Below, piece by piece: positions 8,631 through 16,201 of a DNA stretch of 32,000 bases (within the stretch, counting starts at the first letter, position 1; each line of letters starts with the position of its first letter). The position numbers and the translations under genes were made by a program. Where the stretch lies: the NCBI RefSeq assembly GCF_002243045.1, contig NZ_MBKP01000045.1:10740-42739 (forward strand), read 5' to 3'. Under the pieces are notes generated by a model. The model saw only the letters and a program-made list of their open reading frames with translations, was not told the origin of the DNA and ran no database searches. Origin of the DNA: Methanolobus psychrotolerans (lineage in GTDB: Archaea > Halobacteriota > Methanosarcinia > Methanosarcinales > Methanosarcinaceae).

Positions 8631-8971
8631 GCCTGTGCACTTCCCCTGAGCCAGGCACCAGTCATCCTGCCCACCTCGTTGATGTGTATCATTGCATATT
8701 CGAACTGTTTGTTGGAGAGATAATGTTGTTCATGGCAGATGCGCAGGAGTATCCTGAGCTTCTCGAACTTGATATTGATCATCTTAAAGCCGGTTTTCCT
8801 TGCATATGTATCGTATCTGAACTCGATGATGTCTTCAAGTATGTCAAGAGCAAGGTTGTCTATTCGTGTGGTAAAAGTGAACCTCACTTTTTTAGGGAAT
8901 TTCTCAGTAGTATTGAGCAGCCATTTCAGAAAATCCGTCCACTTGACAAATAACTGCAGTTCGTCATCCAT
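8627..8971 (-). CDS. avd: Accessory variability determinant (Avd), four-helix-bundle family
   Basis: I chose ATG at 8971 (MDDELQLFVKWTDFLKWLL..EKFPKKVRFTF..RID..ALDILEDII....LRILLRICHEQHYLS...EVGRMTGAWLR). The pattern matches Avd / 23S-IVS four-helix-bundle proteins. The gene overlaps the HRDC gene end by 8 nt. Confidence 0.8.
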   Translation of the reverse strand: MDDELQLFVKWTDFLKWLLNTTEKFPKKVRFTFTTRIDNLALDILEDIIEFRYDTYARKTGFKMINIKFEKLRILLRICHEQHYLSNKQFEYAMIHINEVGRMTGAWLRGSAQA

Positions 8972-9470
8972 CCTCCGGCTCCTCCTCCTTCGTTTCCTCT
9001 GCAACCTGCTGACCGTGCGATGCGATTATCCCGAGGATGTCCCTGCCGTATTTTTCCGTCTTCCCCTTGCCGATGCCCTCGATGGCCTGCAGGGCATTGA
9101 GCGACAAGGGCCGCGTCACCGCGACCTTGGCAAGCTGCATATTGTTGCATATTATGTAAGGCGGCACTCCCTCCTCCTTGCTCCTTTCAGCTCTCCACTC
9201 CCGGAGCACCTTGAACAGCGGCCAGTCATTTTCGCTCAGTATCTTCTTGTACCCTTCGTCTTTGTTTTCCTGCTGCTTCCGGGCATTGCCACCTTCCGAA
9301 GGTACAAGCTGCGTATATTCAACAAGCACGGTCCAGAAGTACTCATTCTTGCGCTCAAAAAAGTTGCTTTCCCATCTCAGAATATCCTTGTCCGCAAGAA
9401 AGTTGCACATCGCAGCGTCCGGGAAACTCTCGGACTTTTCCTCATACTTGATGGTGAATATTTTGAGCAT
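8964..9470 (-). CDS. HRDC-domain DGR accessory protein
   Basis: 168-aa ORF. The C-terminal half matches the HRDC pattern (LFKVLREWRAERSKEEGVPPYIICNNMQLAKVAVTRPLSLNALQAIEGIGKGKTEKYGRDIL). I do not recognise the N-terminal ~70 aa. Confidence 0.8.
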   Translation of the reverse strand: MLKIFTIKYEEKSESFPDAAMCNFLADKDILRWESNFFERKNEYFWTVLVEYTQLVPSEGGNARKQQENKDEGYKKILSENDWPLFKVLREWRAERSKEEGVPPYIICNNMQLAKVAVTRPLSLNALQAIEGIGKGKTEKYGRDILGIIASHGQQVAEETKEEEPEDG

Positions 9471-9495
9471 GCTTTTTTTCTCACAATAGATTTTT

Positions 9496-9556
9496 GGCGC
9501 GGCTTGCGCACCTCGCCTGTGCGGCTACGCACGCACCTGCTCGGGCTTCAGCCGCA
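9496..9556 (-). other. GC-rich structured island between the VR/target stop and the HRDC gene
   Basis: This ~60-bp stretch is very GC-rich within an AT-rich spacer. GCGGCT occurs twice (9499-9504, 9521-9526) and its complement AGCCGC occurs at 9550-9555, giving a 7-bp stem TGCGGCT/AGCCGCA. GCACCT.GC is also directly repeated. Confidence 0.4.
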
Positions 9557-9615
9557 TTTTTTCTTTTGTAAAGTAATTTTTCAATAAAGTTGTAAAGTGG
9601 TAAAGCAGTAAGTGG

Positions 9616-11829
9616 CTACACTGCCCTGAGAAGACGGAAACCGATGCTGTCGCTGCTGCAGTCCGGGTTGCTGCCGTTGCGACTTGCTGACCGACAGTAC
9701 CTGGCGTCGCTGACCCAGCTACCGCCACGTCTGACCCGGCCGGAGCTACTTCCATCTTCCCAGGCACTACCATCAGTAGGTGCATTCTCATAAGAATCAT
9801 GCCACCTGTCCTGGCACCATTCCCAGACATTGCCGTGCATATCATACAAACCCCAGGGATTCGGCTTCTTCTGACCAACAGGATGTGTCTTATCTCCTGA
9901 ATTACCACCATACCAGGCATAATCTCCAAGTTTTGATTCACTATCCCCAAATGAATACCTCGTGGTCGTGCCTGCCCTTGCAGCATACTCCCACTCAGCT
10001 TCAGATGGAAGGCGGTACTTGTCCGTGCCTTCCTTTGCGTTCAGCTTCTTGACGAACTCCTGTACATCATTCCATGAAACCTGTTCAACAGGATTATTGT
10101 CACCTTTAAAACGCGATGGATTGTTACCCATTATCTCAACCCACTGCTCCTGAGTCACTTCATACTTGCCAAGATAGTAGGCCTTCCCGATGGTCACTTC
10201 GTGAACGGGTCTTTCATCGGAATCTCCATCATCTGAACCCATCTCAAACTCGCCCGCCGGAATCAGCACGAACTCCATGCCAATGGAGTTGGTGTAGGTC
10301 TTGGGGGTGGTCTGCTTACTGGCAGTTGAGGTAGCTTTCTCCTCGGTGACCGCGGGTGTGGTTTGAGTAACGGCTGGTGAAGGATTGGCGGCCGCAAGCT
10401 CAGCCTCAGTAGCAGCCGGTGAAGGATCAACGACCTCGGTCTTCTGGGGAACAACAGCATTCTGATTCCCTGAATTGTCCGCCAGCAGCGGCGAGAACAT
10501 CCAGTAGCCTGCAATAACGATAATGATCAATACGGGAATAAAAAGCAATTTACGGCCTGCATTTCTCTCCTTGGGAGGCGCAACAGGCCGCCTCACGGGA
10601 GCGGGGGCTGGCTTTGAGGGCACCGATACCGGCGGGACAACTGTCGGCTTCGGGGCCTGTTGCTCCCTTTCCAGCGATCTTTTTGCTGAATCCTGCCACT
10701 TGCGGAACTCTTCTTCTTCTTTTCTCTTTTTCTCAGCTTCCAGGACTTTTCTTTGCTCCTCCTCTTTTCTGCGCCGCGCTCTTTCTTCCTCTTCTCTGGC
10801 AGCTTTCAGGCGGGCGGCTTCCTGAGCCTTGCGTTCTTCCTCTCTCCTGCGCCGCTCCACTTCCTCCTTCTCACGGCGCTCCTGCTCTTCCCGTTCCCTG
10901 TGCAGGCGCTCTTCTTCTTTTCTAGCGGCGTCTGCTTTTATGGTAGTGTGCTGCACGACACTGTCCTGCACATTGACAGATGCAGAGGAAGACTCCATTC
11001 CGCTTCTCTGCACGACGCTGTCCCTTACGTTCATTGAGGACGGACCGCCGTCCATGGAAAAGTTGCTGCGCTGGACCACGGAATCTATGATATTGATGAC
11101 CTGTTCGTGCCGGATGACGCCGATCTCCCTTGCGGACCTTACAGTGCTCACAAGGTGCTTGAGTTCGGAGACGATCTCATTGAGAAAACCCTGCAGGCCG
11201 TGAGTTTTATCGGATACTGCACGCAGCATCACCTGGGTCTGTCCTTCCTTTCCTTTTATCAGGACAGTAAGCAAGTAATACGCCTTCTCACCGATGGATT
11301 CACTGGACAGATACAGAATTCTGCCGCCATCCACAGAGCGCTCTTCAACTTTGTACAGGCGATTGGTGCAGGTCTGCATCAGGAATGACAGCACCTGATC
11401 CACACTTACACCCTCAAAATTCATGCCGGCTTCCGCCGAGTGACCACCGGAGGAAAGTTCCAGGAACCTGCCTGTGCCCATGGACATTGCACGCAGGAAA
11501 GGACAAACACAGTGAATTTCCTTACGGCGCATGCTGAGCAGATGCTTTTCATACTCATGATCGTTATACTTGACAGTGGCTTCGATGTATTCTTTATGAA
11601 CACAGCCCAGAGGTTTGAGTACGAATTTAGCAGTACGTTCCTTTGCAGGCGGAATATTGCCAAGTTTCTGTATCCTGTCATCCTGTAAGCTGAAAAGAGA
11701 TTCGGGGTAATCCAGGATGATCTCAACTTCCAAAATGGCAGCAGTGCTATTGTTGATCACTCTTATTCCAAACCTCACACTATTGTCAGGCAGGACTTCA
11801 TAACCCCGTTTGATCTCAATATCTGCCAT
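9616..11829 (-). CDS. DGR target protein. Domain order: cytoplasmic N-terminal domain, charged coiled coil, TM helix, T/P/A linker, FGE-sulfatase (C-type-lectin fold) domain.
   Basis: 737-aa ORF.
- The C-terminal ~230 aa match the FGE-sulfatase/SUMF1 pattern (RPVHEVTI..YEVTQEQW..VSWNDVQEFVKKLN..YRLPSEAEWEYAARAG..NPWGLYDMHGNVWEWCQD..RGGSW).
- There is one hydrophobic helix (LLFIPVLIIIVIAGYWMF) preceded by KERNAGRK.
- An E/R/K-rich segment covers ~10690-10930.
- A triple repeat of DSVVQRS is present. Confidence 0.9.
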   Translation of the reverse strand: MADIEIKRGYEVLPDNSVRFGIRVINNSTAAILEVEIILDYPESLFSLQDDRIQKLGNIPPAKERTAKFVLKPLGCVHKEYIEATVKYNDHEYEKHLLSMRRKEIHCVCPFLRAMSMGTGRFLELSSGGHSAEAGMNFEGVSVDQVLSFLMQTCTNRLYKVEERSVDGGRILYLSSESIGEKAYYLLTVLIKGKEGQTQVMLRAVSDKTHGLQGFLNEIVSELKHLVSTVRSAREIGVIRHEQVINIIDSVVQRSNFSMDGGPSSMNVRDSVVQRSGMESSSASVNVQDSVVQHTTIKADAARKEEERLHREREEQERREKEEVERRRREEERKAQEAARLKAAREEEERARRRKEEEQRKVLEAEKKRKEEEEFRKWQDSAKRSLEREQQAPKPTVVPPVSVPSKPAPAPVRRPVAPPKERNAGRKLLFIPVLIIIVIAGYWMFSPLLADNSGNQNAVVPQKTEVVDPSPAATEAELAAANPSPAVTQTTPAVTEEKATSTASKQTTPKTYTNSIGMEFVLIPAGEFEMGSDDGDSDERPVHEVTIGKAYYLGKYEVTQEQWVEIMGNNPSRFKGDNNPVEQVSWNDVQEFVKKLNAKEGTDKYRLPSEAEWEYAARAGTTTRYSFGDSESKLGDYAWYGGNSGDKTHPVGQKKPNPWGLYDMHGNVWEWCQDRWHDSYENAPTDGSAWEDGSSSGRVRRGGSWVSDARYCRSASRNGSNPDCSSDSIGFRLLRAV
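9626..9753 (-). repeat. DGR variable repeat (VR), the last 43 codons of the target gene
   Basis: 128 bp, 111/128 identical to the TR. All 17 differences are at TR adenines (14 A->G, 3 A->T on the coding strand). It encodes GSSSGRVRRGGSWVSDARYCRSASRNGSNPDCSSDSIGFRLL. Confidence 0.95.
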
Positions 11830-11985
11830 CTATCCAACCATAATTAATATTCGAATGAGTTCAAAGTTTTCATAGAGAGTATAATTAGTCTCATATTTAT
11901 GTGCTTTCTTTTGATTGCATTGAATTTTGCTGTGCAACATCACTAGTCAAATAATATAATAATCCAAAATAAGATAATTTTTGAA

Positions 11986-12053
11986 CCACAGATAAACACA
12001 GATGCACGCAGATGACGTTATTCACATCTGTGTTTATCTGCGTGCATCTGCGG
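11986..12053. repeat. Imperfect palindrome with two mutually exclusive perfect stems
   Basis: 11989-12004 (CAGATAAACACAGATG) is the exact reverse complement of 12025-12040. Alternatively, CAGATGCACGCAGAT (about 11999-12013) is the exact reverse complement of ATCTGCGTGCATCTG (about 12036-12050). The element is built from 10-nt GAT..AC.CA units. Confidence 0.7.
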
Positions 12054-12180
12054 TTAATGAGATCGAAGATTTCGACAGAACTCATAATCGATAAGTATAA
12101 AACCAAAGAACTATGTGCAATATCACTATATTATATAGTACATACATCCCTCTTTTAAGAAACCCAGGGTGGTTTATTTC

Positions 12181-13536
12181 ATGGTTATGGAAATTGAAGA
12201 AAAGGTCATTGAAGCAAAGAAGGCATCCATTATCCTTGCAAGTGTCAGCACTGACACAAAGAATGCCGCTCTTGAAGCAATGGCAAAGGCACTTGACGAT
12301 AATCGCGATCAGATACTTGCAGCAAACCAGAAGGACATTGAAGCTGCTGAGAAGCTGAGAAGGAAAGGTGAACTGTCACAGGCTCTTGTGGACAGGCTTA
12401 AGGTAAGCGACAGCAAGATCAGCGGAATGATAGACGGTATCCGTGATGTGATCAACCTAAAGGACCCTGTGGGTCAAACCATGGATGCCCTTGAGCTTGA
12501 TGAAGGGCTTGAGCTCTACAAGGTAAGCTGTCCTATCGGACTTATCGGAGTTATATTTGAAGCACGTCCTGATGTCGTGCCACAGGTCATGGCACTGTGC
12601 CTGAAAAGCGGGAATGCCACCATATTCAAAGGTGGAAGCGAGGCACTCAACTCCAACCGTGTCATTTTCGACCTCTTGAACCAGGCCGCAGAATCCGTAA
12701 AAGGAATGACAAAAGGCGCATTCCAGCTAATGGAAACAAGGGAAGAGGTCAACGACATCCTCAGCATGGATGCATACATCGACCTTCTCATCCCAAGAGG
12801 CTCCAATGCATTTGTAAAGTACATGCAGAACAACACAAAGATACCGGTCCTCGGCCACGCAGACGGCATATGTCATGTATATGTCGATGACGAGGCAGAC
12901 CTCAAAAAAGCATATGATGTCTGTTTTGACTCTAAAGCCCAGTACCCTGCAGTCTGTAACGCAATGGAGACCCTGCTTATCAACGCAAAGATAGCAGAAA
13001 AATTCCTTCCAAAAATGGCAAGGATGTACGATGAAGCCTGTGTTGAAATGCGCTGTGACGACGCATCTTTTAAGATACTGGAAGAAATAGACTTCATTAA
13101 AAGCGCAGGCAGGGCCACAGAAGATGACTGGAGGACAGAGTACAACGACCTGATACTCTCCATAAAGATAGTAAACTCAATGGAAGAAGCCATTGAACAC
13201 ATCAACAACTATGGCTCCCATCACACCGATGCTATAATAACCGAAAACGACCTCCGGAAGAAGAGATTCACTGATCTGGTCGACTCGTCAAGCGTCATGA
13301 TCAACGCATCCACCAGATTTGCAGATGGTTTTCGTTATGGAAAAGGTGCAGAAGTCGGCATCAGTACCAACAAGATACATGCACGCGGACCTGTTGGTAT
13401 GGAAGGACTGCTCATTTACAAGTACATCCTTGTAGGCAACGGTGACAAGGTTGCAGACTACGTAGGACCAGAGGCAAAGAAATACACACACCGCAGGCTC
13501 AACAAAATAGCTTGCGATGCCCTTTCCAGAAAGTAA
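12181..13536 (+). CDS. proA: Gamma-glutamyl phosphate reductase
   Basis: I chose ATG at 12181, 8 nt after AGGGTGG. The sequence shows an aldehyde-dehydrogenase-like ProA pattern, including the catalytic-Cys context VCNAMETLLI. Confidence 0.88.
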   Translation: MVMEIEEKVIEAKKASIILASVSTDTKNAALEAMAKALDDNRDQILAANQKDIEAAEKLRRKGELSQALVDRLKVSDSKISGMIDGIRDVINLKDPVGQTMDALELDEGLELYKVSCPIGLIGVIFEARPDVVPQVMALCLKSGNATIFKGGSEALNSNRVIFDLLNQAAESVKGMTKGAFQLMETREEVNDILSMDAYIDLLIPRGSNAFVKYMQNNTKIPVLGHADGICHVYVDDEADLKKAYDVCFDSKAQYPAVCNAMETLLINAKIAEKFLPKMARMYDEACVEMRCDDASFKILEEIDFIKSAGRATEDDWRTEYNDLILSIKIVNSMEEAIEHINNYGSHHTDAIITENDLRKKRFTDLVDSSSVMINASTRFADGFRYGKGAEVGISTNKIHARGPVGMEGLLIYKYILVGNGDKVADYVGPEAKKYTHRRLNKIACDALSRK

Positions 13537-13583
13537 CTGATAACAACAAACAAAAAACAGGACAAGACACAGGGGCATCACTT

Positions 13584-14708
13584 TTGAATGACAGGAAAGA
13601 GCTCTTTAAAGATGTGAACCGGATAGTCGTAAAAATAGGCACATCATCCATCAACACCGAAGACGGCAAGCTCAACCGCCAGTTCATGGACAACATGGCT
13701 GCACAGGTTGCAAGACTCCACGAAGCAGGAAAAAAGGTAATCCTTGTAAGCTCCGGCGCCATCGGTATCGGAATAGACATACTGGACTTTGACAGCAGGC
13801 CAAAGGAAATACCGGTCAGACAGGCATGTGCCGCCGTTGGTCAGGGTGTACTCATGCAGGAATGGAGCAATTCCTTTGCAAAGCACAACCTCAAAGTAGC
13901 CCAGATACTCCTTACCTACGAATCATTCTCCAACAGGCTTACATACCTTAACCTCAGGAACAGTATATCCACCCTCCTGAGCTACGGAGTCATACCGATC
14001 ATCAATGAGAACGACAGCACCTGTGTTAACGAAATTGAAGCAACGTTCGGTGACAATGACAAACTGTCCGCAATGGTTGCCAGCAAGACAGAAGCTGACC
14101 TGCTCATCATTCTTTCTGACATTGACGGCCTTTACGACAAGAACCCCAAACGCAACAACGATGCAACACTCCTGAGCCTTGTAGAAGAGATCACTCCCGA
14201 GATCGAAAGCTATGGCGGCAATCCTACAAGCATGAAAGGAGTCGGTGGTATGAGAACAAAACTTGAGGCTGCAAAGATATGCCATATGTCAGGATGCTAC
14301 CTTGTGATCACTAACAGCGCCACCGAGAACGTTGTCACAAAAGTTCTTGACGGGGAAAACATAGGAACACTTTTCCTGGCAAACCGGGAAGTCTACAAGA
14401 ACAGGATACGCTGGATACTACTCTCTAAATCATGTGGCTCCATTGAAGTCGATACCGGTGCCAAAGATGCAATACTTAACAGCATGAGCCTTCTTCCATC
14501 CGGTGTGGTGTCCGTTCACGGTGATTTTAGTAGGGGAGAAATAGTTGAAATTGTCTGTGAAGGACACGTCTTTGCAAAAGGTATCACAGACTACACTTCC
14601 GAAGAACTGGAAAAGGTCAAAGGCCAGCACACCGATATGATAGTTGACATACTAGGTTACAAGAACTACAACCATGTCATAAAGAAAGAAAATATAGGGA
14701 TTTGCTAA
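13584..14708 (+). CDS. proB: Glutamate 5-kinase with a C-terminal PUA domain
   Basis: Motifs VVKIGTSS and SSGAIGIG and a PUA-like C-terminus are present. The start is uncertain: there is no in-frame ATG before the kinase core. I prefer TTG at 13584, 8 nt after AGGGG, over the track start 13512, which would overlap proA by 25 nt. Confidence 0.8.
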   Translation: MNDRKELFKDVNRIVVKIGTSSINTEDGKLNRQFMDNMAAQVARLHEAGKKVILVSSGAIGIGIDILDFDSRPKEIPVRQACAAVGQGVLMQEWSNSFAKHNLKVAQILLTYESFSNRLTYLNLRNSISTLLSYGVIPIINENDSTCVNEIEATFGDNDKLSAMVASKTEADLLIILSDIDGLYDKNPKRNNDATLLSLVEEITPEIESYGGNPTSMKGVGGMRTKLEAAKICHMSGCYLVITNSATENVVTKVLDGENIGTLFLANREVYKNRIRWILLSKSCGSIEVDTGAKDAILNSMSLLPSGVVSVHGDFSRGEIVEIVCEGHVFAKGITDYTSEELEKVKGQHTDMIVDILGYKNYNHVIKKENIGIC

Positions 14709-14827
14709 CCCTTTTTCCGGCCTTATGAAAGAGAGCACATATTTGCTTTTTCAGTAACTTGCATCATGTTTCAAACTAATCCTCAACAATTAATTGTTAA
14801 TACTGACATTCGTATTCAATATTTAAA

Positions 14828-16174
14828 ATGACACTGGAAGAACAGGTACTTGACAGGATTAAACCCATTCCTGAAGAAAAGAAGGAACTAGAAGGAATAG
14901 CTGCAGAACTGCTTGCAAAGGTCAGTGCAGCAGCAAGACATCTGGAAATATCCGGAGTCATACCTAAATTAGTAGGCTCTGCAGCAAGGAACACCTGGAT
15001 ATCCGGTACGCACGACCTAGACGTTTTCATCTCCTTTCCTGCAACCACCAGCCGTGAAGAACTGGAAACTAACGGTCTTCTCATTGCCAGGGAAGTTGCA
15101 AAGGACGGGCAAAACGTAGAGGAACGCTATGCAGAACATCCCTATCTGAACATTGAGTACAAAGGATTCGATGTTGACCTTGTGCCCTGTTTTGCAGTGG
15201 ACTCTGCATCATGTATCATATCTGCGGTTGACAGGACACCTTTCCACAATGAATTCATCAAGATGTGCATCCCTGGTCGTGAAGATGACGTCCTGATTAT
15301 GAAACAGTTCATGAAAGGCACCGGAACCTATGGTTCGGAACTTCGGACCCAGGGATTCTCAGGTTACCTTACAGAACTTCTTATAGTAAATTATGGTTCT
15401 TTCCGCAATACGATCAGAAACGCCTGTAACTGGAAGCCGGGTCTGACAATCGACATAATGGAACATGGAACCATTAAACACGAAGAACCTCTTGTTGTCA
15501 TCGATCCCACTGACCCAAAGAGGAATGTGGCCGCTGCTCTTTCCCTGAACCGTTTCGCACAATTCATCGATGCCTGCAGGACATATACAGAAAAACCTTC
15601 CGAAGATTTCTTTTTCCCGAAAACACCTGAGCCTATGCAGGAAATTGAGATCACCGACATGATGAACTCAAGAGGAAGCTCTTTTATTGCTATTGTTTTC
15701 AAAACCCCGGACCTTGTGGATGACATACTCTACCCACAACTTGACAAAATGCAACACTCTGTCCGTGCATTGTTTGAAGACTACGATTTCCAGGTATTGA
15801 ACTCCGGATACTGGGCAAAAGAAGATGCCATTGTCCTTATAGAGCTAGTTTCATCCAGACTCCCCCTTGTCAAAAAACATATGGGACCACCGGTATGGGT
15901 CAGTGAACATTCCCTTGGATTTAAGGCAAAATATGAGAATTCAGATGAACTCTTTTCCCTGTACATCGAAGACGGATTCTATGTTGCCGATATCAAAAGG
16001 AAGTTCACAACTGCAAAGGAACTCCTCATAGAGAGAATCAAAAACTGCTCACTTGGGAAACACATCGGAAAAGCAGTAACGGAAGGCTTTACTATTCTTG
16101 AAGGTACCGATATAGCAAAAATAGAGGAACCTGATTTCAGGAGATTCCTGCGCAAATGGGAACAAGGTAAATAA
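14828..16174 (+). CDS. cca: CCA-adding enzyme (archaeal class I tRNA nucleotidyltransferase)
   Basis: 448-aa ORF with the class I signature GSAARNTWISGTHDLDVF and an archaeal CCA tail-domain layout. Confidence 0.88.
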   Translation: MTLEEQVLDRIKPIPEEKKELEGIAAELLAKVSAAARHLEISGVIPKLVGSAARNTWISGTHDLDVFISFPATTSREELETNGLLIAREVAKDGQNVEERYAEHPYLNIEYKGFDVDLVPCFAVDSASCIISAVDRTPFHNEFIKMCIPGREDDVLIMKQFMKGTGTYGSELRTQGFSGYLTELLIVNYGSFRNTIRNACNWKPGLTIDIMEHGTIKHEEPLVVIDPTDPKRNVAAALSLNRFAQFIDACRTYTEKPSEDFFFPKTPEPMQEIEITDMMNSRGSSFIAIVFKTPDLVDDILYPQLDKMQHSVRALFEDYDFQVLNSGYWAKEDAIVLIELVSSRLPLVKKHMGPPVWVSEHSLGFKAKYENSDELFSLYIEDGFYVADIKRKFTTAKELLIERIKNCSLGKHIGKAVTEGFTILEGTDIAKIEEPDFRRFLRKWEQGK

Positions 16175-16201
16175 TACCCTCACACTACCCCTCCCTGAGA
16201 C

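Larger units (their letters stand above)
7330..11829 (-). mobile_element. Complete diversity-generating retroelement cassette (target-VR, HRDC, avd, RT, TR)
   Basis: All canonical parts are co-oriented, and the accessory genes overlap as in translational coupling. See the individual features. Confidence 0.9.

Noticed and set aside
8739-9587. A 282-aa plus-strand ORF, and many other 60-150-aa ORFs antisense to or overlapping the DGR genes (for example 7755..8147, 8196..8528, 8567..8953, 9178..9489, 10523..11388)
   Set aside because: These are shadow ORFs opposite long genes with strong motif support. Their translations are low-complexity (S/L/F/R-rich) with no recognisable motifs or start-site signals.
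9471-9618. Possible read-through of the TAG stop of the DGR target as pyrrolysine. The frame stays open for 47 more codons, and RT, the PASTA protein and the right-edge gene also end in TAG.
   Set aside because: There is no Pyl machinery or PYLIS-like evidence in the window. The downstream frame looks non-protein-like (it runs through the GC-rich island). TAG is evidently used as an ordinary stop for several genes here, and the RT TAG is followed directly by TGA.
9525-9986. A 153-aa minus-strand ORF overlapping the VR and FGE domain in another frame
   Set aside because: It is out of frame with the 737-aa gene, whose FGE-sulfatase motifs are unambiguous. Its sequence is compositionally odd (M/G/V/A/R-rich), so it is an overlap artefact.
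10690-10930. A repetitive GAA/GAG/AGG-rich DNA stretch as a second variable region or DNA-level repeat element
   Set aside because: It encodes an in-frame E/R/K-rich coiled-coil segment of the target protein. It has no similarity to the TR, so it is coding low complexity rather than a separate element.
12113-12358. An 81-aa plus-strand ORF overlapping the proA start
   Set aside because: It is in a different frame from proA, which has clear family motifs. Its translation has no recognisable features.
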